A DNA stretch of 64,000 nt from an uncultured Candidatus Saccharibacteria bacterium (GCA_964548265.1 CAZJPR010000003.1:279-64278); one strand, 5' to 3'; shown: positions 27,856 to 38,180, numbered from the stretch's first letter. Made by a program: numbers and translations. Notes: generated by a model from the letters alone, not told the origin.

Positions 27856-28722
27856 ATGGAATACCTCGTCCACCTCGCAGTCGTCTTTGCCATCTACGCG
27901 ATACTCGCCGTATCCCTCCAGCTCATTGTCGGGTTCACGGGTCTCATATCACTCGCCCACGCCGCCTTCTACGGCGTGGGCGCGTATAGTGTCGCGCTCA
28001 TCCTCGAGAACACAGGCTTCGGATTCTTCCCGGCTCTAGTGCTCGGCATCCTCGTTAGCGCGGTGGCAGCTTTCCTTATAGGTATCGTGCTCTCCAAGTT
28101 CCGTGACGACTACTACGCGCTTGGTTCCTTGGGCTTCACAGTCATTGTGTTCTCTATTTTCCTTAACTGGCAGGAACTCACGCGTGGACCGCTTGGTATT
28201 CCGGGAATCAACCGTCCTGAACTCTTCGGTTTTGTATTCTCGGAGAATATTGTGTATCTCGGACTTGCCCTCGTGCTGCTGGGGCTGTGTTACGCCTTCT
28301 CCACGTTCGTGACGAAGTCTTCGTTTGGTCGCGCGCTCCAAGCCATACGCGAGGACGAGGTCGCACTCTCGGTCTTCGGCTACCATACGAGCTGGTTCAA
28401 GCTCGCAGTGTTCGTGATGGGAGCGGGTATGGCGGCAATTGCCGGAGGGCTCTTCGCTTCCTACATAACCTTCATCGATCCAAGCTCCTTCGGCGTGCCT
28501 GAATCGGTGTTCATGCTTTCGGTCATTATTCTTGGAGGACTTGGGTCTCTTCGCGGCGCAGTTATAGGAGCGCTCGTACTCGTACTACTTCCTGAAGCAT
28601 TGAGGTTTGTTGGCTTCACTCCTGACATCGCTGCGCAGATGCGCCAAGTCATCTACGGTCTTATGCTCGTCTTCCTTATGCTCTATCGGCCGCAGGGATT
28701 GGCAGGAACATACCGCCTATGA
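27856..28722 (+). CDS. livM: Branched-chain amino acid ABC transporter permease
   Basis: G.TGLISLAHAAFYGVGAY, GRALQAIREDE, ILGGLGS, RPQGL. Confidence 0.92.
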   Translation: MEYLVHLAVVFAIYAILAVSLQLIVGFTGLISLAHAAFYGVGAYSVALILENTGFGFFPALVLGILVSAVAAFLIGIVLSKFRDDYYALGSLGFTVIVFSIFLNWQELTRGPLGIPGINRPELFGFVFSENIVYLGLALVLLGLCYAFSTFVTKSSFGRALQAIREDEVALSVFGYHTSWFKLAVFVMGAGMAAIAGGLFASYITFIDPSSFGVPESVFMLSVIILGGLGSLRGAVIGALVLVLLPEALRFVGFTPDIAAQMRQVIYGLMLVFLMLYRPQGLAGTYRL

Positions 28723-29453
28723 ACGCACTCCAGACAAAGGAGCTCGTAAAGAAGTTCGGCGGTGTGACGGCCGTTAACGGGCTGTCCATTACCGTACCTA
28801 CAGGAAAGATTACGAGCGTCATCGGTCCTAACGGCTCAGGAAAGACAACGCTCACCAACGTCCTCACCGGCATCTGCCAGATAGACGGAGGCGTGGTGGT
28901 GGTCGCAGGAGGGAAGGAGCGCGCACGCATTAAGCCGTACCAGGTATTCGGACTTGGCCTCACCCGCACCTTCCAGAACGTCCGCGTCTTCGAGCAGGTA
29001 AGTGTGCTCGATAACGTCCTTATCTCCCTCACCAAGCGCAGCGTGCTCGGTTCGTTGTTCGAGAAGAACAAGGAGGAGCATCTTAAGAAAGCAGAAGAGG
29101 TTCTCGTCCGCGTCGGGCTCTGGGAAAAGAAAGACGCGTACGCTTCAGAACTTTCTTACGGGCAACGCAAACTCCTCGAGATTGCGCGGGCACTTGCGAC
29201 CGGTGCCGATACCATTCTCTTTGATGAGCCGTACGCAGGGCTCTTCCCAGAGATGGTGAAGCTCGTGTCCGGCATCATGCGTGACCTTAGGGAACAAGGT
29301 AAGACCATCGTACTCATCGAGCACGACATGGCCCTCATACGTGAACTCTCAGACCATGTGATAGTGATGGACGCGGGGAAGTTGCTTGCAGAGGGTACGC
29401 CAACTGACGTACTTTCAAACAAGGCGGTAATCGAGGCGTATTTGGGAGTCTAG
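28719..29453 (+). CDS. livG: Branched-chain amino acid ABC transporter ATPase
   Basis: KKFGGVTAV, GPNGSGKTT, RTFQNVR, LSYGQRKLLEIARALA, IEHDM, VIEAYLG. Confidence 0.92.
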   Translation: MNALQTKELVKKFGGVTAVNGLSITVPTGKITSVIGPNGSGKTTLTNVLTGICQIDGGVVVVAGGKERARIKPYQVFGLGLTRTFQNVRVFEQVSVLDNVLISLTKRSVLGSLFEKNKEEHLKKAEEVLVRVGLWEKKDAYASELSYGQRKLLEIARALATGADTILFDEPYAGLFPEMVKLVSGIMRDLREQGKTIVLIEHDMALIRELSDHVIVMDAGKLLAEGTPTDVLSNKAVIEAYLGV

Positions 29454-30175
29454 GCTTCCGTCTTACTCCACAAGAACTCGAAGATCGCCCGTATCATCTG
29501 GGCAAGTTCGATGTTCTCGACCACAACAACGACCACCTCATCCTTGAAGCTCAGCATCGCTATCTTGTTCTTCCACATCCACATAAGCGAAGAGAAAGGG
29601 AGTGGTGGCTGCACGAGCCGGCTTTCCCGAAGATCCTGTGCGTCCTTCTGCTGACGTTCGCGTGCTTTCGGTGTATCACGGAAAATACTACGGAAAGGAA
29701 TACCTGCGTCCTTCCTGCGCTTCGTGAAAGAGGGGAAGAACTCTGGAAGTTCATTGAAGAGTTCCTCGGGAGATCCGATACCGATGAGTTCTGTCGCCTC
29801 ACCAAGAATTTCTTCGGCAACCACCTCGACACCGTCCCTACCTTTATACAAACGCACCTTGCTACCGGACGGCCCTTTCTCATAGAGGGCGCTCAGCTCT
29901 GGAAAGATGGTGTCGAGCGTTGCTTTCTGCTGCGCAAGCGTCTCCTTAAGTATCGTCGGATCGTTCACTGAGAAATGTTTGCGCCCTCGCGACTTGTACA
30001 TATTCACGAGGCCCTTCTCGGAGAGTTGTTTGAGTGCATCATAGACGGTGGACTTGGGTATACCAGCCTGCTCCGCAATCTGTATGGCAGTGCCTGACTT
30101 CAGGCGCAGGAGCGCGAGATAGATATCGGTATCGTTCTGGGAGAACCCTAGGGAATGGAGTGCGCTCTTCTGCAT
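29450..30175 (-). CDS. TrmB-family transcriptional regulator
   Basis: LGFSQND..IYLALL, IAEQAGIPKSTVYDALKQL.EKGLV HTH; VRLYKG.DGV; FEFLW C-terminal effector domain. Confidence 0.88.
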   Translation of the reverse strand: MQKSALHSLGFSQNDTDIYLALLRLKSGTAIQIAEQAGIPKSTVYDALKQLSEKGLVNMYKSRGRKHFSVNDPTILKETLAQQKATLDTIFPELSALYEKGPSGSKVRLYKGRDGVEVVAEEILGEATELIGIGSPEELFNELPEFFPSFTKRRKDAGIPFRSIFRDTPKARERQQKDAQDLRESRLVQPPLPFSSLMWMWKNKIAMLSFKDEVVVVVVENIELAQMIRAIFEFLWSKTEA

Positions 30176-30304
30176 AGATTTTGACGGCGAATCCGTCGTC
30201 TTTGTATGGGATAAATATACAGTATTTAAGCCATATAATCAATATATAGTTAGCTTTAGACGGATTTCCTGTACTTTCATGAAGAAAAGTACAGAATCGG
30301 CCCT
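30176..30304. promoter_or_regulatory. Divergent promoter region with candidate TrmB operators
   Basis: AT-rich; palindrome GACGG-CGAAT-CCGTC at 30183-30197; GACGGATT at 30259-30266 is the reverse complement of 30190-30197; inverted repeat CTGTACTTT...AAAGTACAG at 30269-30294. Confidence 0.55.
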
Positions 30305-31399
30305 ATGAAAAACCACATATTCTGGGCGGTAGGAATCCTAGTGCTCATTGGCGCATGGGTGCTGTGGGGCACGAGTTCCCAGGAGCGCGAGGTTATAAAG
30401 GTAGGAGTTATCGCTTCCCTCACGGGTGGAGGGGCTGCCCGCGGAGAAAGCGCGCTCCAGGGCATTGAGCTTGCGAAGAAAGAGATTGAAGAAGCAAGAA
30501 CCTTAGGAAACAAGAAGATTGAATTCGTGGTGCAGGATGTGCCGCTCGAGAAACCCAAGGACGCAATCGCGGCATACAACTATCTGGTCGACGTGGAGAA
30601 GGTTGTTGCGATAGTTGGTCCTATGGGTTCCGGGGCGGCGATGTCACTCGCTCCATTGGTTGATGCAAAGAAGGTGCCCATTATCGTGCACGCTGCTTCG
30701 GTGCAGGGAGCGACGGAGGGGAACGAGTACCTCCTGCGCCTCTGGCCGACTGCAGACCAGTATGCAGATGCGATGATGCAGACGCTTACCGAGGGCGGAT
30801 ATACGAAGGTCGCATTCCTTTCCGCAACACATGAGAATACTGTGGAGCTCTCTAGCATTCTCCGAGAACGCCTTGGCGCGAGTGTGATTATTGAAGAAAG
30901 CGTATCGGTAGATACAAAAGACTTCCGCACACAACTTACAAAGATAAAGCAGGCAGCGCCTGACGCAGTGTTCGTAAACGTCTTCGCGGGACAGATTGGC
31001 GTCGCGGCACACCAAGCACGCACGCTTGGTATTGATGCTCCACTTTTCACCAATGGAGTCATGTCCGTCACCGAACTCGCGAAAGCTGAGGGTGCACTTG
31101 AAAATACCTGGTTCCCTCGCTTCAGTGGGTACACGCAAGAAGCGCGCGAAGAGTTCGTTGCCTTTCTGGGGACGGAGCCCGCCGTGCCGGAAAATGCTGC
31201 TGCGGGACATGACGCAGCAATCGCTATAGCGGAAGCAATCGCACACCACGGCTCGAACTCCGAAGGCATCAAAGATTACCTCTACAGTCGCCAGTTTAAG
31301 GGAACTATCGGTGACTTCTCTTTCCTTGAAACTGGAAACGCGAAACTCCCAATTGGCATTTGGACAGTACGTGCCGACGACCTCGTCGAGGTAGAATAG
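30305..31399 (+). CDS. Second LivK-like ABC substrate-binding protein
   Basis: IKVGVIASLTG, AIVGPMGS, KDFRTQLTKIK, F.G..G.FSF...G. Confidence 0.85.
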   Translation: MKNHIFWAVGILVLIGAWVLWGTSSQEREVIKVGVIASLTGGGAARGESALQGIELAKKEIEEARTLGNKKIEFVVQDVPLEKPKDAIAAYNYLVDVEKVVAIVGPMGSGAAMSLAPLVDAKKVPIIVHAASVQGATEGNEYLLRLWPTADQYADAMMQTLTEGGYTKVAFLSATHENTVELSSILRERLGASVIIEESVSVDTKDFRTQLTKIKQAAPDAVFVNVFAGQIGVAAHQARTLGIDAPLFTNGVMSVTELAKAEGALENTWFPRFSGYTQEAREEFVAFLGTEPAVPENAAAGHDAAIAIAEAIAHHGSNSEGIKDYLYSRQFKGTIGDFSFLETGNAKLPIGIWTVRADDLVEVE

Positions 31400-31403
31400 T
31401 CGG

Positions 31404-32129
31404 GTGACTACAGAGACCCTCCTCAAACTCGACGACATCCACGTCCACTACGGTGGCGTGAAAGCACTTGATGGCGCATCAGTCTCGCTTGACGAAGGAG
31501 AGGTCGTTGCACTCATGGGCCCCAACGGCGCAGGGAAGTCCACCATCCTCAAGGCAATCTTTGGACTTGCTCCGGTAACTGGAGGCTCGGTCTCCTGGGA
31601 GGGAAGTGCAATACACCCTATCCCGCATGAAGTGGTAGCCCGAGGCATCGCCTTCGTTCCTCAGGGTCGCCGTGTCTTTGCGGACCTTACCGTAGAAGAG
31701 AACCTCGAGATAGGTGGATTCACCGTCAAAGACAAGGCAATCGTCCGTGAGCGCATCAAAGGGCTTATGGAAATGTTCCCTATATTAAAGGAGAAGCGAA
31801 ACGCCAAGTCCGGGACGCTCTCCGGAGGCCAGCAACAGATGCTCGCGATTGCCCGAGGTCTTATGACCGACCCTAAGGTCCTCTTGCTCGACGAGCCCTC
31901 CCTCGGACTCGCCCCTAAGGTGGTGAAAGAGGTCTTTGCGTTCGTGAAGGAGATTAACCAGAAGCGAAATACTGCCGTCATGGTGGTGGAACACAACATC
32001 AAGTCGCTCCTTGAGATAGCTACGAGAGGCTACATCCTCGACAAGGGAAAGGTGGTCGCCCATGGCTCCCCGCAGGAACTCGTATCCAAAGGGACGCTTG
32101 AAAAGGTGTTTACAGGTGCTGCGCTCTAG
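31404..32129 (+). CDS. livF: Branched-chain amino acid ABC transporter ATPase
   Basis: GPNGAGKST, FVPQGRRVF..LTVEENL, LSGGQQQMLAIAR, LLDEPSLGLAP. Confidence 0.93.
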   Translation: MTTETLLKLDDIHVHYGGVKALDGASVSLDEGEVVALMGPNGAGKSTILKAIFGLAPVTGGSVSWEGSAIHPIPHEVVARGIAFVPQGRRVFADLTVEENLEIGGFTVKDKAIVRERIKGLMEMFPILKEKRNAKSGTLSGGQQQMLAIARGLMTDPKVLLLDEPSLGLAPKVVKEVFAFVKEINQKRNTAVMVVEHNIKSLLEIATRGYILDKGKVVAHGSPQELVSKGTLEKVFTGAAL

Positions 32130-32147
32130 ACTGGTATACTGCTTCCA

Positions 32148-32888
32148 ATGTTGATCGTTGGTAACTGGAAGACGTACGTCCGTACGCGAGAGAAAGCTAA
32201 GAAGCTTCTCGCCGTTGCTAAGCGGCTCGCCGTCGGACGTAAGATTTCTATTGTCATAGCTCCTCCGGCTCCGTACCTCGGCCTCCTTGCCGGAAGCAGG
32301 GGAAACGTAGCGCTCGCGTCCCAAGATATTTCAGACACGCTCGATACGATTGAGACAGGAGAAATCGCCGCCCCTCTTTTGAAAGAACTCGGTGTGAAGT
32401 ACACCATCATCGGACACTCAGAACGCCGGGCTCGTGGAGAGAGCGATGAGCGCATCAACCAGAAGCTGAAGCGCGCACTCGTTCACGGAATGACACCGAT
32501 TCTCTGCGTAGGGGAGCGCGAGCGCGATAGCGAAGCAAAGTATCTTTCTTTTGTGCGCGGACAGCTCACGAGCGCTTTTAAAGGTCTCTCCGCAAAGGAG
32601 AGCCTCGAGGTCATCATCGCGTACGAGCCCGTGTGGGCAATCGGCAAAACTGATGAGGATGCAATCCAGTCACACGACCTCAACGAAATGGTGCTCTACA
32701 TTCGTAAGATTCTCGGCGACTTCATTCCAGGAAAGGGGGCATCGAAAGTGAAAGTTCTCTACGGAGGTTCAACGGAACCAGAAAACGTACGTGCACTTGC
32801 TGGTGGTGGTGGTGTCGACGGATTCCTTGTCGGGCACGCAAGCGTAGACCCGGTCATGTTTGCGGGCATCGTGAAGGCACTTAAATGA
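32148..32888 (+). CDS. tpiA: Triosephosphate isomerase
   Basis: VGNWK, IGHSERR, AYEPVWAIG, LYGGS, DGFLVG. Confidence 0.96.
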   Translation: MLIVGNWKTYVRTREKAKKLLAVAKRLAVGRKISIVIAPPAPYLGLLAGSRGNVALASQDISDTLDTIETGEIAAPLLKELGVKYTIIGHSERRARGESDERINQKLKRALVHGMTPILCVGERERDSEAKYLSFVRGQLTSAFKGLSAKESLEVIIAYEPVWAIGKTDEDAIQSHDLNEMVLYIRKILGDFIPGKGASKVKVLYGGSTEPENVRALAGGGGVDGFLVGHASVDPVMFAGIVKALK

Positions 32889-34018
32889 AATCACTTTCCG
32901 ACATTCCGAAGCTCGATGGTGTACGAGTCTTGGTACGCTCCTCGCTCAACGTTCCGGTAGCAGACGGAAAAGTGGTGAACACGTTCCGCTTGCGCGGTGC
33001 ACTTCCAACAATTACCTACCTTCGTGAGAAAAGAGCGCGCGTCATTCTTATAAGCCACATCAGCGGAAAGGGGGCTGAATCCCTCGCTCCTATGTGGGAG
33101 GCCATGAAGGAATTTATTCCTGATATTCAGTTTTGTCCGGACATTATTGGAGACCAAGCGAGAAACGCAGTCTCTGCACTTCAAGCTGGCGAAGTGCTCA
33201 TCCTCGAGAACCTGCGTCAGAACCCAGGGGAGGAAGGGAACGATGAGGTGTTCGCGAAAGAACTCGCAAGCCTCGGAGAGGTGTTCGTACAAGACACCTT
33301 CGACGTCTGCCACCGCAAACACGCAGGGGTCGTTGGCATCCCGAAGTTTCTTCCTTCATACGCCGGCCTTCTTGTGGAAAAAGAGGTGCAGGAACTCGCA
33401 GGAGCGCTCCACCCGCAATTCCCCTCGCTTGCAATTATCAGCGGAGCCAAGTTCTCTACCAAGGAGCCCGTCATCAAGAAACTCCTTGCTAGCTACGACA
33501 AGGTATTTGTGGGTGGCGCACTCGCAAATGATTTCATCAAAGAAGCTGGAAATCCGGTGGGTGCCTCGCTTGTCTCTGGCACAAGCGGCGAGGAGATACG
33601 GGAGCTTTTACATAATAAGAAGGTAGTCATTCCGGTAGATGCAATCGTCGCCCCTAAAGGAGCCGAACGTAACGCGGGACGTGCGACGAAACTTTCTGAC
33701 GTAAAAGAGAATGAAGCAATTCTCGACATCGGTCCTGAGACCAGTACGCTCTTGGCGGATATTGTAAAGGACTCGAAGTCAGTGCTCTGGAACGGGCCTT
33801 TGGGTAACTACGAGAATGGGTTTACAGACGGCACAGAGAACCTTGCCAAGGCAATCGTTGCTAGTGGTGCGCACTCGGTCATGGGGGGAGGAGACTCAAT
33901 CGCTGTGGTCGAGAATCTTGGACTTGCCGATAAGTTCTCCTTTATTTCCACGGGGGGAGGCGCCATGCTCGACTTCCTCGCCGAAGGTACGCTCCCTGGA
34001 ATCGAAGCTCTAAAGTGA
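32885..34018 (+). CDS. pgk: Phosphoglycerate kinase
   Basis: LNVP, LENLR, CHRKHA, GGALAN, DIGPET, WNGPLG, ISTGGGAML. Confidence 0.96.
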   Translation: MKSLSDIPKLDGVRVLVRSSLNVPVADGKVVNTFRLRGALPTITYLREKRARVILISHISGKGAESLAPMWEAMKEFIPDIQFCPDIIGDQARNAVSALQAGEVLILENLRQNPGEEGNDEVFAKELASLGEVFVQDTFDVCHRKHAGVVGIPKFLPSYAGLLVEKEVQELAGALHPQFPSLAIISGAKFSTKEPVIKKLLASYDKVFVGGALANDFIKEAGNPVGASLVSGTSGEEIRELLHNKKVVIPVDAIVAPKGAERNAGRATKLSDVKENEAILDIGPETSTLLADIVKDSKSVLWNGPLGNYENGFTDGTENLAKAIVASGAHSVMGGGDSIAVVENLGLADKFSFISTGGGAMLDFLAEGTLPGIEALK

Positions 34019-34039
34019 ATTTGGTACACTAGGGCTCAC

Positions 34040-35743
34040 ATGTTCTCTCTCCGTGAGCCTCTAGACGAACAAACCCGGGCTGCGCTGGTTGCCTACGACG
34101 ATCTTGCGGCCCTTTTGCTTGCCCATCGAGGTGTTGCCTCCAAAGAAGAAGCTGAGTTTTTCCTGAATCCTTCCTATGATTTGCATCTTCATGACCCCAT
34201 GAAGATTCTGAACATGCCGAAAGCTGCCGAGCGCCTTGCGAAAGCGATAAGCACCAAGGAGCAAATTGCTGTTTGGAGCGATTACGACTGCGACGGCATC
34301 CCCGGAGGTGTCATCTTGCATGACTTTCTCAAGAAAGCTGGGGCAAACTTCGTAAACTACATCCCGCACCGTCACGAGGAGGGGTATGGGGTGAACGAAG
34401 GAGGAATCGAAAAGCTTGCGAAGGACGGAGTAACGCTCGTCATCACGGTGGACTCCGGCATTGTCGACAATGTGCCTATCGCTCGTGCCAAAGAACTTGG
34501 TATGGATGTCATTGTCACTGATCACCACGAACCAGGAGAAGAACTTCCGGACGCTTTTGCGGTCATAGACCCCAAACAGAGAGGAGAGACTGCTCCATTC
34601 AAAGAACTCTGTGGTGCAGGACTTGCTTGGAAGCTTGTATGTGCCACGCTTCAACATGGCTTTGCGGGACGCGAGAAGATCCCTGTCGGTTGGGAGAAGT
34701 GGCTTCTTGATATGGCTGGGCTCGCAACGATTGCAGACATGGTGCCACTCACCGGAGAGAACCGTGTCATCGCAAAGTACGGACTCTTGGTGATGCGTAA
34801 GTCCCCGCGCATTGGTTTAGTAAAGCTCTGTAAGGCAGCCAACGTTAACCAGCGCATGATTACGGAGGACGACGTGGGATTCATGATTGCTCCCCGAGTG
34901 AACGCAGCTTCCCGCATGGGAGACCCTCGTGACGCGTTCACCCTCTTCACCACCGAAGACGAGAACGAGGCAGAAGCACTCGCAAAACTTCTTGAGAAAG
35001 CCAACCGCAGCCGCCGTTCGGTAGCAGCAGGCATCACACGCGCGGTGCACGACCGCCTTGCCGATCGCGAGATTCCAGACGTCATCGCAATGGGAGATCC
35101 AGACTGGCGGCCGGGACTTCTTGGACTTGTTGCTAACTCAATTGCTGATCAGTACCAACGTCCCGTGTTCCTCTGGGGCAGGGAGGCGAGCATGATTTGC
35201 AAAGGCTCCTGCCGTGCAGGAAGAAAGGACGTGCACGTACTCGACCTCATGGGCGCAGCAGAAGACACGTTCGTACAATTCGGGGGGCACGCACAGGCTG
35301 GCGGCTTCACCGTGAAGGAAGACGCTGTGTTTTTCCTTGAGGAGCGTCTCGCCAAGGCGCTCGCGACACTGCCAGGCAGCACTGAAGCAACACTCGCTAT
35401 TGCGGACGCAGAAATAACACCTGACGATGCAACAGGAAGCCTCCTCTCAAGCCTCGAGAAGTTTGCGCCGTTTGGCATGGGAAACGCAAAGCCCATCTTT
35501 GCGTTTCGGGACGCAGAGGTAAATGAAGTCCTGTGGTTTGGAAAATCAAACGAGCACCTGAAGCTCCGCATCAAACGAGAGTTCGAAGGGCCTATTGATG
35601 CCATTTGCTTCTATGCAAAAAGAGAGCTCGGCACAGGATGTGCCGAGCTTGCCGTCGGGAAGCGCACTGTATTAGGTTCTCTTGAGCGCGATCAGTTCTC
35701 CCGAGGCCGCCCAGTACGTATTAGGATTTCCGCGCTTGTGTAA
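34040..35743 (+). CDS. recJ: Single-stranded-DNA exonuclease RecJ
   Basis: DYDCDG, EGYG, TVDSG, TDHH, ATIADMVPL.GENR, PRVNAASR, GGH..AGG, PFGMGN. Confidence 0.95.
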   Translation: MFSLREPLDEQTRAALVAYDDLAALLLAHRGVASKEEAEFFLNPSYDLHLHDPMKILNMPKAAERLAKAISTKEQIAVWSDYDCDGIPGGVILHDFLKKAGANFVNYIPHRHEEGYGVNEGGIEKLAKDGVTLVITVDSGIVDNVPIARAKELGMDVIVTDHHEPGEELPDAFAVIDPKQRGETAPFKELCGAGLAWKLVCATLQHGFAGREKIPVGWEKWLLDMAGLATIADMVPLTGENRVIAKYGLLVMRKSPRIGLVKLCKAANVNQRMITEDDVGFMIAPRVNAASRMGDPRDAFTLFTTEDENEAEALAKLLEKANRSRRSVAAGITRAVHDRLADREIPDVIAMGDPDWRPGLLGLVANSIADQYQRPVFLWGREASMICKGSCRAGRKDVHVLDLMGAAEDTFVQFGGHAQAGGFTVKEDAVFFLEERLAKALATLPGSTEATLAIADAEITPDDATGSLLSSLEKFAPFGMGNAKPIFAFRDAEVNEVLWFGKSNEHLKLRIKREFEGPIDAICFYAKRELGTGCAELAVGKRTVLGSLERDQFSRGRPVRIRISALV

Positions 35744-36266
35744 GCCAGTCGGGGAGCTTTTCGAGGTCAGAGTACTGGCGTACTTCGAACTTACCCTCGG
35801 GGCGATTTGGATCCTGCTCTATTTCACTTACCTTTGACTGTGCCCTCGCGAGCGCATTTAGTATTTCTAGCCTGCTGCTTGCCTCCTCTTGCGTGACGAT
35901 GGACTTAGTACCATCTGCAGTTTTGCGCCGAACAATAACCAGAATAGGGCGTTCGTTCTCGCGACTCTCTTGTTCGAATGAGAGGCCCGCCTCCTCTCCT
36001 TCCTCTAGGGGGCCGTAATCTACCAGCTCCAGCAGTTGGAGTCCTGGCATATTATTGCGCACTAGAAAGGCTCGGATATCAGAGACGGGCATGAGGTGCG
36101 CAGCGCGAGAATGTGCATCATCATACGTAACGACAATCTTCACTTCGTGGTTTGCTGGAATCTTCTCCACAAAGTCTGCAATTGAGGTGACATCTTTCAG
36201 TCCCTCAACCACCGGCACCTTCTTCGGCCACACTGGTTTCCCTGGTTCAAATGTTTCAGCTGTCAT
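35721..36266 (-). CDS. Hypothetical protein
   Basis: ORF from ATG 36266 (MTAETFEPG...), overlaps the recJ 3' end; no recognisable family. Confidence 0.55.
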   Translation of the reverse strand: MTAETFEPGKPVWPKKVPVVEGLKDVTSIADFVEKIPANHEVKIVVTYDDAHSRAAHLMPVSDIRAFLVRNNMPGLQLLELVDYGPLEEGEEAGLSFEQESRENERPILVIVRRKTADGTKSIVTQEEASSRLEILNALARAQSKVSEIEQDPNRPEGKFEVRQYSDLEKLPDWLTQARKS

Positions 36267-36304
36267 GTGAGTAGCGTTGTGCTGGTAGTGTAGCATTACC
36301 AGAC

Positions 36305-36715
36305 ATGGAGTACACAATTCAGGCCGACGGCGGCTCGAGAGGCAACCCGGGGCCTGCAGGAGCGGGGGCCATTGTTCGGGACACCAAGGGAAAGACCGTT
36401 TTCACGGTCTCTGAGTTCTTGGGGTACACCACCAACAACGTGGCGGAATATACCGCCATCCTCAGAGCGCTCGAGGGCCTTGCAGAAGTAGCGGGAGCAA
36501 AGACCGCCACCGTAAAGATTGAGATGGATAGCGAGCTCGTCGTGAAGCAGATGCGTGGAGAGTACAAAATTAAGCACCCGAACCTGAAGCCACTTGCGAC
36601 CCAGGTCGCGCTCTTGCTTCACCGATTCAAATCAGTGACGTTCTCCCACATTCCGCGTGCAAAGAACAAAGACGCAGACGCGCTCGCCAACAAGGCGATG
36701 GACCGCGGTCACTAA
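36305..36715 (+). CDS. rnhA: Ribonuclease HI (DGGSRGNPG type)
   Basis: DGGSRGNPG, TNNVAEY, DSELVVKQM.G.YK, HIPR.KN..AD.LAN. Confidence 0.93.
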   Translation: MEYTIQADGGSRGNPGPAGAGAIVRDTKGKTVFTVSEFLGYTTNNVAEYTAILRALEGLAEVAGAKTATVKIEMDSELVVKQMRGEYKIKHPNLKPLATQVALLLHRFKSVTFSHIPRAKNKDADALANKAMDRGH

Positions 36716-36716
36716 C

Positions 36717-38180
36717 ATGCTCTTTGCGGGCAGCGTAGGATTTGCGCTTGGCATTCTCTTCTCAACGCTCGCTTCGCTTCCGCTTGCTGCTGCAGGATAC
36801 ATTGGCCTTCTTGGTCTTCTGTTCCTCTCCGCCGGAACAAAGCGTGTTGTCTATACCTTTATAGGTGTGGGTATGCTGTTCGCGGCTGTCGGGGTTGGCC
36901 GCACCGCACTCGTCCCAACATTCCCGGAAGCTCTGCTTCCGCTTCTCAACACAACGGTGACGCTCGAAGGAGAGGTGATTGCAGACCCCGATATCCGCGA
37001 GGAGAGCCAGAGAATCTCCCTACGCACGAATGACACCACCGTGCTTGCGATTGTTCCGCTGTATCCAGACGTGAACTACGGTGAGTGGGTGCGCGTTGAG
37101 GGGAAACTTGTACTCCCCAAACCGTTTGCTACTGATGGTGGCCGTGTCTTCCGCTACGATCATTTCCTCCAGAAAGATGGTGTCTTCGCTCTTGTAGAGC
37201 GGGCACATCTTGAAGTCACCGCACCTAGAGCCGGGACTCTCACACATGTTCGCGGATTCTTCTCGGATGTAAAAACAGGATTCCTCCACTCTCTTGCTGT
37301 TGCGCTTCCTGAGCCGGAGGCTGCGCTTGCTGGTGGGCTCGTGGCAGGAGGGAAGCAGGGGCTCGGTACCGGATTGCTTGATGCCTTTATTCGCTCGGGT
37401 CTTATACACATCGTAGTTTTGTCTGGGTACAACGTAATGATTGTTGCTGAGGCAGTGATGCGACTTCTCTCGGTGTTCCCACGAAGAGTTGCGGTAACAG
37501 CGGCGGCACTCACTATCGGCGCGTTTGTCCTTGCGGCTGGTGCAGGGGCGGCAAGCATTCGCGCAGGACTTATGGCAGGCATCGCCCTCTTTGCCCGAGC
37601 TACCTACAAAACCTACGACGCCGTACGCGCACTTCTCGTCGCGGGCGTACTCATGCTTCTCTGGAATCCGCTTCTCCTTGTGTACGATCCGGGATTCCAG
37701 CTCTCTTTTATCGCAACCTTGGGACTCATACTCGGCGCACCGTTGGTAGAGACAAAACTTACGTTTATTACAAACACGTTCCTGCGCGAAATTGCTGCTT
37801 CTACTGTCGCGGCCCAGATTGCGGTGCTGCCACTTCTGCTGTACCAAAACGGGCTCTTCTCCGTAGTCGCTCTTCCTGCAAACCTCCTGGTGCTGCCAGT
37901 AGTACCGCTTGCGATGGCTGCCTCAGCGCTTGCCGGGCTTGCTGGGTTCCTCATACCCGCAATCGCTCCCGTTATCGGGCTTCCGGCGTACGTGCTGCTT
38001 TCCTACATCGTGAAGGTGGTTGAGTTTTCTTCAGGCATTCCTCTCGCAGCTTTCTCGGTGCCCGCGTTCCCGTTTGCAGTCACCCTCCTCGCGTATGCGG
38101 GGCTTGGCTACTATCTATGGAAGAACCGGGGTCTTATCCGTGCGCCCTCTGGAGGCGTGAGTCTACTACGGTCCAGTTAA
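36717..38180 (+). CDS. comEC: ComEC/Rec2 competence channel, membrane portion
   Basis: OB-like segment, GLIHIVVLSGYNV, ASIRAGLM, DPGFQLSF.AT, PANLLV; start ATG 36717. Confidence 0.92.
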   Translation: MLFAGSVGFALGILFSTLASLPLAAAGYIGLLGLLFLSAGTKRVVYTFIGVGMLFAAVGVGRTALVPTFPEALLPLLNTTVTLEGEVIADPDIREESQRISLRTNDTTVLAIVPLYPDVNYGEWVRVEGKLVLPKPFATDGGRVFRYDHFLQKDGVFALVERAHLEVTAPRAGTLTHVRGFFSDVKTGFLHSLAVALPEPEAALAGGLVAGGKQGLGTGLLDAFIRSGLIHIVVLSGYNVMIVAEAVMRLLSVFPRRVAVTAAALTIGAFVLAAGAGAASIRAGLMAGIALFARATYKTYDAVRALLVAGVLMLLWNPLLLVYDPGFQLSFIATLGLILGAPLVETKLTFITNTFLREIAASTVAAQIAVLPLLLYQNGLFSVVALPANLLVLPVVPLAMAASALAGLAGFLIPAIAPVIGLPAYVLLSYIVKVVEFSSGIPLAAFSVPAFPFAVTLLAYAGLGYYLWKNRGLIRAPSGGVSLLRSS

